A DNA stretch of 64,000 bases from Squalus acanthias. Lineage: Eukaryota. Made by a program: the position numbers and the translations under genes. The stretch is taken from contig JASTWF010000035.1 of the NCBI GenBank assembly GCA_030390025.1, positions 3,720,001-3,784,000 on the forward strand, given 5' to 3'. The notes below the pieces were generated by a model. The model was not told the origin of the DNA. It searched no databases and saw only the letters and a program-made list of their open reading frames with translations. This document shows, in pieces, positions 1-11,899 of this stretch; the stretch's first letter is position 1; the number at the start of each line of letters is the position of its first letter.

Positions 1-418
1 AGTTTCTGGTCAATGGTGACCCCCAGGATGTTGATGGTTGGGGGTTCGGCGATGCTAATGCCATTGGATGTCAAGGGGCAGTGGTTAGACTCTCTTGTTG
101 GAGATGGTCATTGTCTGGCACATGAGTGGTGCGAATGTTACTTACCTCTTATCGGCCCAAGCCTGATTGTTGTCCAGGTCTTCCTGCATGCAGGCAGGAA
201 CTGCTTCATTATCTGAGGAGTTGTGAATGGAACTGAACACTCTGCAGTCATCAGCGAACATCCCCACTTCTGACCTTATGATGGAGGGAAGGTCATTGAT
301 GAAGCAGCTGAAGATGGTTGGGTCTAGGACACTGCCCTGAGGAACTCATACAGCGATGTCCTGGGGATGAGATGATTGGCCTCCAACAACCACAACCATC
401 TTTTTTTGTGCTAGGTAT
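1..418 (-). mobile_element. Family-B LINE (CR1-group APE-RT) RT fragment, left half of a copy split by CR1-A
   Basis: Near-identical to ~15800-16212; ends ...gctaggtat and resumes at 9509 ctccagccagtggag, the contiguous order seen in the uninterrupted copy (gctaggtatgactccagccagtggag, ~16204-16229). Confidence 0.85.
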
Positions 419-507
419 AGAAACATAGAAGATAGGAGCAGAAGTAGGCCATTCGGCCCCTCGAGCCTGCTCCGCCATTCGATGAGATCATGGCTGATCA
501 TCCAAAC

Positions 508-3294
508 TCAGTACCCTGTACCTGCCTTCTCCCCATATCCCTTGATACCTTTAGCTTTAAGAAATATATCTAACTCATTCTTGAATATATTTAATGACTT
601 GGCCTCAACTACCTTCTGTGGTAGAGAATTCCACAGGTTCACCACTCTCTGATTCCTCCTCATTTCTGTCCTAAATGGCTTACCCCTTATCCTTAGATTA
701 TGACCCCTGGTTCTGGACTCTCCGACCATCGGGAACATTCTTCCTGCATCTAGTTTGTCCAGACCTGTCAGAATTTTATATGTTTCGATGAGATCCCCTC
801 TCATTCTTCTATACTCCCGCGAGTATAAGCCCAATCGACCCAATCTCTCCTCATATGTCATTCCTGCCATCCCAGGTATCAGCCTTGTGAATCTTCGCTG
901 AACTCCCTCCATGGCAAGAACATCCTTCCTCAGATAAGGCGACCAAAACTGCACACAATACTCAAGGTGTGGTCTCACCAAGGCCCTGTACAACTGCAGC
1001 AGGACATCCCTGTTCCTATACTCAAACCCTTTTGCTATGAAGGCCAACATACCATTTGCCTTCATCACCGCCTGCTGCACCTGCATGCTTACCTTCAGCG
1101 ACTGGTGCACAAGGACACCCAGGTCTCGTTGCACTTCCCCTTCTCCCAATCTATTGCCATTCAGATAATAGTCTGCCTTTCTGTTTTTGACACCAAAGTG
1201 GATAACCTCGCATTTATTCACGTTATATTGCATCTGCCACGCTTTTGCCCACTCACCCAACCTGTCCAAATCATCCTGGAGTTTCTCGGTATCCTCCTCG
1301 CAGCACACACTCCCACCCTGCTTTGTGTCATCTACAAACTTGGAGATATTACATTTAGTTCCCTTATCTAGATCATTAATGTATATTGTGAATAGCTGGG
1401 GTCCAAGGACCGATCCCTGCGGTACCCCACTAGTCACTGCCTGCCACTCGGAAAAAGACCCATTAATTCCTACTCTCTGCTTTCTGTCCGCCAACCAGTT
1501 CTCTATCCAAGTCAATACCTTGCCCCCAATCCCATGTGCCTTAACTTTACACGCTAATCTCTTATGCGGGACCTTATCAAAAGCCTTTTGAAAGTCCAAA
1601 TACACCACATCTACTGCTTCTCCCTTATTTTTTTCCCAGTTACATCCTCAAAAAATTCCAGTAGATTAGTCAAGCACGATTTACCTTTTGTAAATCCATG
1701 TTGACTTCGTCCGATCCTGTCACTGTTTTTCAAGTGCTCAGCTATTACATCCTTTATAATGGACTCTAGCATTTTCCCCACTACCGATGTCAGGCTTACC
1801 GGTCTGTAATTCCCCGCTTTCTCTCTACCACCCTTTTTGAATAGTGGGGTAACATTAGCTACCCTCCAATCCATGGGTACAGTTCCAGATTCCATCGAAT
1901 GTTGGAAGATGATCAGCAATGCATCGACTATTTCTAGGGCCACTTCCTTAAGTACCCTAGGATGTAGATTATCAGGCCCTGGGGATTTATCGGCCTTCAA
2001 TACCGTCAATTTCCCTAGCACCATTTCCCTGCAAATACTGATTTCTTTCAGTTCCTCCCTTTCATCAGACCGTATGTTCCCCAACATCTCTGGGAGGTTA
2101 TTTGTGTCCTCCTTTGTGAAGACAGAACCAAAATATGCATTTATTTGGTCTACATTTCTTTGTTCCCCATTATAACTTCCCCTGCTTCTGACTGCAAGGG
2201 ACCTACACTTGATTTCACTAATCTTTTTCTCTTCACATATCTATAAAAACTCTTGCAGTCAGTTTTTATGTTCCCTGCAACCTTACTTTCATATTCTATT
2301 TTCCCCTTCTTAATTAATCCCTTTGTCCTCCTTTGTTGAATCCTAAACTGCTCCCAATCCTCAGGGTTACCGCTTTTTCTGGCCAATTTATATGTCCTCT
2401 CCTTGGATCTTATGCTATCCCTAATTTCCCTTGTTAGCCACGGTTGAGTCACCCTTTTTGTTTTATTCTTATGCCACACTGGGATGAACAAATTCTGTAG
2501 TTCATCCATGCAGTCTTTGAATGTTTGCCATTGCCTATCCACCGTCAACCCTTTGAGTGACATTCCCCAATCAATCCTACCCAATTCGCACCTCATACCA
2601 TCGTAGTTTCCTTTATTTAAATTCAGGACCCTAGTCTCTGATTCAACTACTTCACTCTCCATCCTAATGAAGAATTCTATCATATTATGATCACTCTGCT
2701 CCAGGGGCCTCGTACAACAAGATTGCTAATTAATCCTTTCTCGTTACATAATACCCAGTCTAAGATGGCCTGATCTCTGGTTGGTTCCTCGACATATTGT
2801 TCCAGAAAACCATCCCGTAAACATTGTAGGAATTCCTCCTCCACAGTATTTTTACTAATTTGGTTAGCCCAATTTATATGTAAATTAAAATCACCCACGA
2901 TGACTGCTGTGCCCTTACTGCATGCTTCTCTAATTTCCCTTTTAATGCCGTCCCCAACCTCCGTATTACTGTTTGGAGGTCTATATACCACTCCCACTAA
3001 CGTTTTCTGCCCCTTGTTATTTCTCAGTTCTACCCATACAGATTCCGCATCATCAGAGCTAATATCCTTCCTTTCAATTGTGTTAATCTCCTCTTTAACC
3101 AGCAATGCTACCCCACCTCCCTTTCTTTTTTGCCTATCTTTCCTAAATATTGAATACCCCTGGATGTTGAGTTCCCAGCCTTGGCCACCCTGGAGCCATG
3201 TTTCTGTAATCCCAATCAAATCGTATTCATTTACCTCTATTTGCGCAGCTAATTCATCCACCTTGTTCCGAATGCTGCTTGCATTAAGACACAA
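508..3294 (-). pseudogene. CR1-A ORF2 (APE endonuclease + reverse transcriptase), frameshifted into four pieces; N-terminus continues at ~7588-7775
   Basis: ORF pieces 2680-3294, 2150-2683, 1611-2087 and 508-1608 are collinear parts of one APE-RT protein. Confidence 0.9.
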
Positions 3295-3804
3295 GGTAAA
3301 AATTCACTTGGTTGCGCCTCCCGTTAGCGCCTTAAGAGGGCGCTAATGGGGCGTTAAGCCGCTAACGCCCGGGCGCAGCGCTGTTTGCGCCGCTCGAGAA
3401 CTTAACTTGAGATTGTGCGGCGGCGCTAAAACTTACCGCTGCGACCACCTGCGCGCGCAGATTGTGACGTCATTCCATGGTGCAACGCCCTTGGGGCGCC
3501 CCGGAGCGGAAATTGAGTGGCGCCCCCTGCCTTACCGCCTGGCGCTTCCAACGACCGGAAGACTGGAACGTTATCAATCGGTGTGGGGCTGGGGGGGGCG
3601 CTATTTAAAGGGGGCCTCTTCCTGTCTTTTTCTGTGGTCGACATTTATGCACCACTCGTTCTGAGAGAGAGAGAGAGATTCGGAGAGAGAGAGAGAGAGA
3701 CTTCTACATTGACTCAACGCTTTGTGAGGTAGTTTTGCCTAGTTCATCCTAACTTTGTTGCTACTTTAGTTGCTGTACCTCATTACTTTTCTGGCAAAGA
3801 GAAT

Positions 3805-4951
3805 ATGGGGGCTGCAATGATTGGGGGCGTCGTCCTGCTCCAGCTGAATCGGAGGATAGTGAGACGCAGACAGAGAGTGGCAATGATGGCCAGACGGAGG
3901 AGGGCCATCAGGCGCATGTACAGGAGAGCTTACCCTCCCAGGGTATATCGTGAACAGCTCTCCTACATCCATATGTCCGAGGAGCTGTGTTTGCGAAGGC
4001 TGCGATTCAGCAAGGAGGTGGTCACTGAGCTCTGCCACCCGCTGCAGCCAGATCTGCAGCCTCAGCTGAGGTCCAGGACGTCTCTGTCGGTGGCAGTGAA
4101 GGTCACAGTGGCTTTGAACTTCTACGCCACTGGCTCATTCCAAGCTGCTGTTGGGGACCTCGCCAATATCTCCCAGTTTGCGGTGCATCGCTGCATCCGG
4201 CAGGTCACCAATGCCCTCTTCAGAAGGAGACGAGACTTCATCTCTTTCCCTATGACCCCAGACAAGCAGCATGACCGTGCTATGGGCTTTGCGAGGGTAG
4301 CGGGCTTCCCCATGGTGCAGGGCGCCATTGACTTTGCGTGCTCCGCGAGAGAATGCAGAGGAATTCAGGAACAGAAAGGGGTTCCATTCCTTGAATGTGC
4401 AGTTGGTCTGTGACCACAGACAGGTGATTCTCGCTGTCAATGCCCACTATCCGGGCAGCTGCCACGATGCTTTCATCCTGCGCCAGACTACTGTGGCAGA
4501 ACTTTTCGAGGCACCGCATCAGCCAGTTGGTTGGCTTCTGGGGGACAAGGGGTACGCATTGAGCACCTGGCTGATGACACCGCTCCGTACGCCAAACACC
4601 CCTGCTGAGCTGCGGTACCAGGAAAGCCATCAAGCAACCAGGAACATTATTGAGCGCACAATCGGCGTGCTGAAACAACGGTTCCGCTGTCTGGACCATT
4701 CCGGAGGAGCCCTGCAGTACTCGCCTGAGCAAGTTTCGAACTTCGTAGTCGTGTGCTGCATGTTGCACAACATGGCAATCCTCAGGACCCAGCCAATGCC
4801 ACCAGGCCTTGTAGCACCACCAGAGGAGGAGGAGGAAGAGGAGGAACAGGACGAGGACGATGATCATCAGCAGCACCAAGGCAGGAGGGCGGCCCACAAT
4901 GGTCAAACTGCAAGGGCCGTCCGTCAACGACTAATAGCAAGCCGCTTCTAG
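3805..4951 (+). pseudogene. Harbinger DDE transposase (HARBI1-like), one frameshift at ~4333
   Basis: ORFs 3805-4413 and 4328-4951 join to give VALNFYATGSFQ...GAID/...NRKGFHSLNVQLVCD...YPGSCHDAFIL...LLGDKGY...RNIIERTIGVLKQRFRCL; a short deletion right after GAID removes the usual CTH residues. Confidence 0.92.
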
Positions 4952-5245
4952 GGCCCCTGCCATTGCTACAAACACTAATCAACCCAGCACGCAACCCCTA
5001 AGCCGGCCAAGGCACCAATAATTCCAACCACCAGCCATGTATATTTTGAATACAGAAACTTATTTATTTTACAAACTGTGTGTGTGTCAATTCCTCATGA
5101 CAAACTCATAGAAATAAACACAAAAAAACAGTCAATAACATAACTGGTTCTCACAACCTGGAGATAATGTCCAAAACACTAAACAAAAGTTGGACCATGA
5201 ACCTCGGCCTTTAATAAAAAAATGACCAGCATTTTGTCACACCTC

Positions 5246-7231
5246 CTACTTTTTGCCCTTCGAGGGTGATCTCCTTCCCTTGCGCACTTCCCCCCTTCTA
5301 ACCCTACTGCTCCTCCGTAATGGGACCTCAGTGGCTGCAGCAAGGCTGGTGGAAGGCTGCTGCTCGTCAGACCCTGACACTGCAGATGCCCCTGAAGGAC
5401 GGCCTCGACCACTTCTGGGCCTGGAGGGCCCGGCTGCAGACTGCACCAACTCTGCATGGGCGGCAGCAGTCTGTCCTACAGGCGGTGGCAAGTGCAGTGG
5501 AGAAGTGACAGTGTTGGCAGCAGGAATGCTGTCATCGTGAGAGAGGACAGCAACTCCCTGCTCGCCCGACACACTGGCACTCCCACGGGGCAGCACTTCA
5601 GCATCCGGAGCAATTTGCCGGAGAACAGATTGCTGGCCTGCTGCGGCGCGGTGACAGCCCCGGGGACATGTGCACGAACCATCGAGGATGGCAGCAGTCA
5701 GTGCTCGCGTGGCCTCAATCTGAGTCTGCATGAGAGCAGTCTCAGATGGGTTCCTGGCAGCCAGTGACTGAATTGCAGCACTAAGCTTTAGTGTGGCATC
5801 CGCCTGTGCTACAGCGAAGTGCTCCACACTCCTTGCCAGTGCCTCAATGCATTCGGGCACCCTTCCCACTGCACCCATGAGCTCAGTGTGCATGCCCACC
5901 GCCTGGCTGTTCATTTCTGCAATCAGCCGCTCCTCCTCTGCGTCCATTGCAGTAGGAGTGTCTGGCATACTCTCCCTCTGGGGAGAAGGCTCCCGTTCTT
6001 CCCCCCCCCCCCCCATGGCGTTGCTGCAGCCCGCTGGGTCCTGGAGCTTCACCCTCATCAGCCCCTTCCCCCCTGCTCCCCTCCGGGGAAGGCGTGTTCC
6101 CAGTGTGGCCATGGGCTTCCTCGGGAGAGGGTGGCACTGATGCTCCGGCTTCCTCTTCCTCCTCAGCTGCAGCATCACTCCCAGTGGCAGCTTCAGGGCC
6201 CGTCTCCTCAGCTGGTGAATCACCATCTGAAAGCAGGGAGGTACAAGAGTGGCTTTAGCGTGAGGACAGGGTGGCAGTAAGGGAGGAATAAGTGCAGCGA
6301 GTTAGCAAGTTGGATTGAAAGTGTCAAAGGCTGGTATTGTGAGGGACAAGTGGAAGGACAGAGGACAAAAAGGTGATGACCTTACCATTGCTGTCCACAA
6401 CGGGGTCGGCGTCCCCAGTGGCGACGGGACCGATCACCCGGCTTGCCACGATCCTGTGGACGCGCTCCTCCAGATCGCTGAGGGGTTGCAGCTGAAGCCG
6501 CCCTCCACCCGTCCGTTGCTGCTGTCTCCGATTATGAGCCAGCTTAGCCTGCAAGAAAAAGGACAGCATCTGAGTAAATATACAGCCATGGTCTTGCCTG
6601 ATGTGCCTCCCATAGGTGAATAGCCCTTACAATATGCAGCCATGGTCTTGCCTGATGTGCCTCCCATAGGTGAATAGCCCTTACAATATGCAGCCATGGT
6701 CTTGCCTGATGTGCCTCCCATAGGTGAATAGCCCTTACAATATGCAGCCATGGTCTTGCCTGATGTGCCTCCCATAGGTGAATAGCCCTTACAATATGCA
6801 GCCATGGTCTTGCCTGATGTGCCTCCCATAGGTGAATAGCCCTTACTGTATGCAAAGTGTGGAATGTGTGTGTGTGTTTGATGAAAGGGCCATAGGTGTT
6901 GCATGAGTGTTGTGCATTGGGGTTTTAAGACCCTCTGGCCATAGAGTGAGGTTGAGATGGAGGGATGGAGAGGTATTGAGAAAAAGCCACTCACCCTGAC
7001 GACCCGAGTCAGGTCGTTGAACTTTTTGCGGCACTGAACATGGGTCCTGGGCACCATGCTCCTGGAGGAGACGCTCTGAGCCACCTCCCTCCACACTCTT
7101 CTGAACTCGCATGGCAAAGGCCTCCTGCCACTCTCTGGGAACAGCATGCATCGTCTGCGCTCCACTGCGTCAACCAGAGCATCCAAGGCCCGCTCGGTGA
7201 AGCGATGAGCGCGTTCTCTCACCCTCTCCAT
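5246..7231 (-). CDS. Harbinger Myb/SANT-like DNA-binding protein, 3 exons (7231-6995, 6548-6386, 6226-5246), probable frameshift at the C-run 6001-6014
   Basis: Exon 1 MERVRERAHRFTERALDAL...VWREVAQSV...QCRKKFNDL ends AGG|GTGAGT (phase 0); ttttcttgcag| exon 2 AKLAHNRRQQQRTGGG ends G|GTAAG (phase 1); ctttcag| exon 3 continues in phase (acidic DGDSPAEETG...). Confidence 0.8.
6583..6846. repeat. 54-bp tandem repeat, ~4.9 identical copies, in Myb-gene intron 1
   Basis: cagccatggtcttgcctgatgtgcctcccataggtgaatagcccttacaatatg starting at 6583, 6637, 6691, 6745, 6799. Confidence 0.97.
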
Positions 7232-7774
7232 GCTTGGCAGCAAAATGGATTACAGGTCTCTCCAGGCTGAGATTCAAGGCTGCAATGAGCAGGGTGTGGC
7301 TGGGGAGCAAGTGGCCCCCCCCGCTTTAAGAAGTGTCCGGCGCCAGTGTGTCTGTGTTCCCTCGCTAACTGGCAGCAGCTGCGCTGCGCTCGTGCGCTGA
7401 GGTAGCGCCTCACTCCTAGGCCTTTGCGCCTTAAGAGAGGTGTGCAGCGCCTAATTTAGCGCTCCACTCACCTCCCGGGGCGGTAAAAGTGAAGTTTCCT
7501 GTCAGTGCCGATAATTAGCGCCAGGCGCTAATATTTGCGCTCGGACGATATTTGCGCCCCAAATGGGGCGCGACCTAATTTCTACCCCAAAGCCTTCAGG
7601 CTTGTTTTTTTAACGCTCTCAGACCTATATGAATTATTATTTACTGTGACCATTTTGATTTAAACCGTTGAGTTCTTTGCCTTCTACTTTTGTTTTTCTC
7701 CTTCCTGTCTTTTGCTTTTATCCTTGTTTCCCTTTCCTCTGTCTCCCTGCTCAGGTTCCCAACCCCCTGCCACT

Positions 7775-9100
7775 TTAGTTTAAACCCTCCCCAACAGCAC
7801 TAGCAAACACTCCCCCGAGGACATCGGTCCCGGCTCTGCCCAGGTGCAGACCGTCCCGTTTGTACTGGTCCCACCTCCCCCAGAACCGGTTCCAATGTCC
7901 AAGGAATTTGAATCCCTCCCCCTTGCACCATTCCTCTAGCCGCATATTCATTTGAAATATCCTCTTATTTCTACTCTGACTAGCACGTGGCACTGGTAGC
8001 TATCCTGAGATTACAGGAAACTCTTTATTAACTGGCACCGACGGGACTGGCGTGGTGCCGGTTTATCGAAAGTACCGGATAACGGAGTTATATCTACCGA
8101 GGCTATTTTTAACAAAGAAAAATAAATAAATCAAGAAATGTGCAGTATACAGTATTTGGGTACTTTTGAAAACTACCCCTACTGACTAAATCGGCGTTCT
8201 CGGACTCGGGATCGGCAACATTGCCGGTTATTTGAGAGGAGTTTTCGGAGTACTCGGCGTTCGCGGAGACTCGACTGTGACTCGGCAACATTGCCGGTTA
8301 TTTGAGAGGAGTTTTCGGAGGATGATTTTTGCCGGTTAAGCGAGAATTCCGTATATTTGGGTGCCGGATAAACAACAGTTTCCTGTACTACCTTTTGAGG
8401 TCCTATTTTTTAATTTACCTCCTAACTCCCTCTATTCTGCTTTTAGGACCTCATCCCGTTTTTTACCTATATCGTTGATGCCTATGTGCACCACGACAAC
8501 TGGCTGTTCCTCCTCCCCCTCCAGAATGTTCTGTAGCCGCTCTGAGAAGTCCTTGACCCTTGCACCAGGGAGGCAACACACCATCCTGTAGTCTCGTTGG
8601 CGGCCGCAGAAACGCCTATCTATTCCCCTTACAATTGAATCCCCTATCACTATAGCTCTTCCACACTTTTTCCTCCCAGCCTGTGCAGCAGAGCCACCCA
8701 TGGTGCCAGGAAGTTGGCTGCTGCCGCCTTCCCCTGATAAGTCATCCCCCCCAACAGCATCCAAAGTGGTATATCTGTTTGAGAGGGGGATGGCCACAGG
8801 GGACCCCTGCACTACCTGCCTGCACCTCTTACTCTGCCTGGTGGTCACCCATTCACTTCCTGCCTGTACACCCTTTACCTGCGGTGTGACCAACTCTCTA
8901 AACGTGCTAGCCACGACGTCCTCAGCGTCACGAATGCTCCAATATGCATCCATCCGCAGCTCCAGCGCCGCAATGCGGTCCATCAGTAGCTGCAGCTGGA
9001 TACACTTCCCACACACATGGTCGTCAGGGACACAGGAAGCGTCCCGGATTTCCCACATATAGCAGGAGGAGCATATCACAGGGCGGAGCTCTCCTGCCGT
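7775..9100 (-). pseudogene. CR1-A ORF1 (Zn-finger/leucine zipper + SGNH esterase), split by MITE
   Basis: CSSCYMWE...HVCGKC, GDSIVRGID, CLPGARV, VHIGINDI, then FLGHW...DGLHL in ORF 7775-7993. Confidence 0.88.
8014..8385. mobile_element. Tc1/mariner-pogo-type MITE (372 bp)
   Basis: TA TSD (8012-8013, 8386-8387); ~26-bp imperfect TIR CAGGAAACTCTTTATTAACTGGCACC / GGTGCCGGATAAACAACAGTTTCCTG; flanks rejoin as gagattactacc in ORF1; internal ~38-bp direct repeat (~8213, ~8282). Confidence 0.85.
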
Positions 9101-9508
9101 GACTTACCCTTTAATTAATTAATTAATTAAAATTAAATTAAATGAATCCCATCAATTTCACTTCAATTAAATGATATACTCAAGGGCCCTTGTTTAACAG
9201 CAGTCCCCACTACGCCACAGAGACTCTAGAAACTATAAACCACAGAATTTAAGTATGGAAAAAGGAGAAAGAGAGAAATACTCACCAACCAATCACTTAT
9301 CTGCTTTCTGGTGACGTCACACTTCGATTACTTTTTACTTCTGTCTCCCGCTCTGAGATTGGTAAACCTACCTGCTCCTCGGGCTCGCTTTTATCCTCTG
9401 CCGCCGCCGCTCCTCCTAGATCCGCACCGCCGCGGCTGTGGATCTACCTGCTCCTCGAGCTCGCCTTTATCCTCTGCCGCCGCCGCTCCTCCTCGGTCCG
9501 CACCGCCG

Positions 9509-9818
9509 CTCCAGCCAGTGGAGAGTTTTCCCTCTGATTCCCATTGACTTCAGTTTTACTAGGGCTTCTTGATGCCACACTCGGTCAAATGCTGCCTTGA
9601 TGTCAAGGGCAGTCACTCTCACCTCACCTATGGAATTCAGCTCTTTTGTCCATGTTTGTACCAAGGCTGTAATGAGGTCGGGAGCAGAGTGGTCCTGGCG
9701 GAACCCAAACTGAGCATCGGTGAGCAGGTTATTGGTGAGTAAGTGCTGCTTGATAGCACTGTCGACGACATCTTCCATCATTTTGTTGATTGAGAGTAGA
9801 CTGATGGGGCAGTAATTG
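9509..9818 (-). mobile_element. Family-B LINE RT fragment, right half
   Basis: Translates NYCPISLLS...QFGFRQDHS...ALDIKAAFDRVWH; continuation of 1-418. Confidence 0.85.
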
Positions 9819-10210
9819 GCCAGCTGTGTCTCAGTTGGTAGCACCCTCGCCTCTGAGTCAGAAGGTTGTGGTTTCAAGTCCCACTCAGGAACTTGAGCAC
9901 AAAATTCTACGCTGACACTCCAGTGCAGTACTGAGGGAGTGCTGCACTGTCGGAGGTGGCGACTGTCGGATGAGATGTTAAACCGAGGCCCTGTCTGCCC
10001 TCTCAGGTGCAGTATTTCGAAGAAGAGCAGGGTAATTATCCTTGGTGTCATAGCCAATATTTATCCCTCAATCATTGTGGAAGCTTGCTGTGCGCAAATT
10101 GGCTGCTGTGTTTCCTACATTACAAGAGTGACTACACTTCAAAAAGTACCTCATTGGCTATAAAGTGCTTTGTGATGTCTGGTGGTCGTGAAAGGCGCTA
10201 TATAAATGCA
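9819..10210 (+). mobile_element. tRNA-derived SINE, DeuSINE (SacSINE1-like)
   Basis: A box tgtctcagttgg, B box ggtttcaagtcc, Deu-domain-like gatgagatgttaaaccgaggccc, tail aaggcgctatataaatgca; family name from memory. Confidence 0.7.
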
Positions 10211-10329
10211 CGTGTTTCTCAGATTGGAGTTGCCCTGCTTTTTGTGTGCCATTTTGCACATTGCCGGTAGTGGCCCTATCCCTATCCTGATTTTTCTTTT
10301 GTTATTTATGTGTCTGTAGAATATTTTAC

Positions 10330-11347
10330 TGTTTCTTTTTATATTCAGATATAATTTAATTTTGGAGTTTCTCTTTGCCTTCCTAATTGTTTATTTTACT
10401 TCTTTCCTAACCTTTTCGTATTCCCTTTTGTCATCATCTCCTTTGTTGTCTATACACTTAGTCTGTGCCTTTTACTTTAGTTTCAATTTTGCCCTTATTT
10501 CTTTATTCATCCATGGTGTGTCATTACTGGCTAGTTTGTTCTTGCTCTTTAGTGGGATATATTTCTCCTGGACTCTATTGATCATTGTTTTAAATATTTC
10601 CCACTGCTGTTCTATTTTTTTTTTGTCAGTAAATTTTGCAGTTTATTTTCCCTAATTCCATTCTCATCCCCATAAAATCAGCTTTTTTTCAATTTATTAC
10701 TTAGGCCTTTTACTTCCTTATGCCCTTCTCAATCTTTATCTTAAACATTATGTTGTGATTGCTATTGCCTAGATGTTCCTCTACACTTACTTCTCTTATC
10801 TGTTCTGGTTCATTACCCATTACTTGATCCAGCCGTGCTCCCTCTCTTGTTGGGCTTTTTACATACGGGGTAAGAAAGGAGTCCAGCATCATTGTAAAAA
10901 CTCCATTCCTCTACCCCTTTCACTACCTCTTCTTGCCAGTTTATTTTGGGGTAGTAAAAATCTCCCATGATTATTATTCTATGTCCTTTACTCATTTCAT
11001 AGATTTGTTTACATATTTCTTCCTCCACCTGCTTTCCACTAATAGGTGGTCTGTAGTATACCCCTATTAGTGTGATCGATCCCTTTCACTCCATATGGAT
11101 TCTGTTTCTATCCTTCTGTTAGTTATGTCCCTTTTTTCTACTGGCATTATGTTATCTCTAATTAGTACAGATACCCCACTCTCCCTTCTTCCTTTCTGAT
11201 TATGTTGTAAGCTGCAATATTTAGTTGCCAGTCCTGCTCTTTATGTAGCCATGTTTCAATTATTCCCGCTACATCTGGTTCCTCGCTACAGATGATTGCC
11301 TCCAGTTCCCCCATTTTATTTTGGATGCTATGCATATTGCTGTACAG
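10330..11347 (-). mobile_element. Old degraded CR1 APE fragment
   Basis: Remnant peptides IIIMGDF, PTREGARLD, HLGNSNHN. Confidence 0.7.
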
Positions 11348-11348
11348 G

Positions 11349-11596
11349 TAGAATCACAGAGTGGTTACAGCACAGTAGGAGGCCATTCGGCCCGTGCTGG
11401 CTCTCTGCAAGAGCGCTTTGGCTAGTCCCACTCCCCGCCCGTTCCCCGTAGCCCTGCAATTTTTTTTCCTTCAGGTACTTATCCAATTCCCTTTTGAAAG
11501 CCACGATTGAATCTGCCTTCACCACCCTTTCAGGCAGTGCATTCCAGATCATAACCGCTCGCTACGTAAAAAAGGTTTTCCTCATGTCGCCTTTGT
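11349..11596 (-). mobile_element. CR1 3' end fragment
   Basis: IWNALPERVV...FKRELDKYL plus the typical CR1 3'UTR. Confidence 0.8.
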
Positions 11597-11899
11597 CTGC
11601 CATTAGTAGGTAGACATGAAAAATTTCCCCAAAAGTCTTCAAGTATAGTGACAACAGTAGTGTTATCGAACCCCGAGGAAAGCAGATAGCCTCTGAAGAG
11701 ACCGGATTGACAGCAGTGTACCTGTGGTGAAAAGGTCAATGTGAGAGACGAGCTGTTGAGTCAAATGAAAAAATGATGTGTCTTAAGAACTACAGTCCAT
11801 GATTTGCAGATTCTTCTATAGTTAGTTTCTTTCTGAACTCTGGAAGTTTTATTATGAACTTAATTATTGTTCACACTCTGCATTAAATTTATTCTTCAG

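Larger units (their letters stand above)
3295..7587 (+). mobile_element. PIF/Harbinger DNA transposon (~4.3 kb)
   Basis: 3-bp TSD CAA (3292-3294 and 7588-7590); removing it restores CR1 gacacaaagcc (LKALCLNA); imperfect TIRs GGTAAAAATT...AATTTCTACCC; convergent transposase and Myb/SANT genes. Confidence 0.9.
419..9508 (-). mobile_element. Full-length CR1 LINE 'A' (5'UTR, ORF1, ORF2, 3' (TTTCTATG)-type tail), interrupted by a Harbinger and a MITE
   Basis: 3' tail atagaaacatagaagatagg at ~419; RT motifs [10 protein letters not shown] and F(V)DD; APE motifs NASSI/ITETW/GDFN; ORF1 with CxxC and GDSIVRG; GC-rich 5' end to ~9508. Confidence 0.92.

Noticed and set aside
967..1591. Antisense ORFs overlapping CR1 RT (also 23857-24481, 31118-31555 and others)
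   Set aside because: Shadow ORFs opposite LINE coding regions with no recognisable domains.
3805..4951. Host HARBI1 gene
   Set aside because: Lies between TIRs and a TSD inside a CR1 and is frameshifted, so it is a transposon copy.
6434..7243. 269-aa ORF as a single-exon protein
   Set aside because: Myb homology stops at a GTGAGT donor (6994); the rest is intron and tandem repeat.
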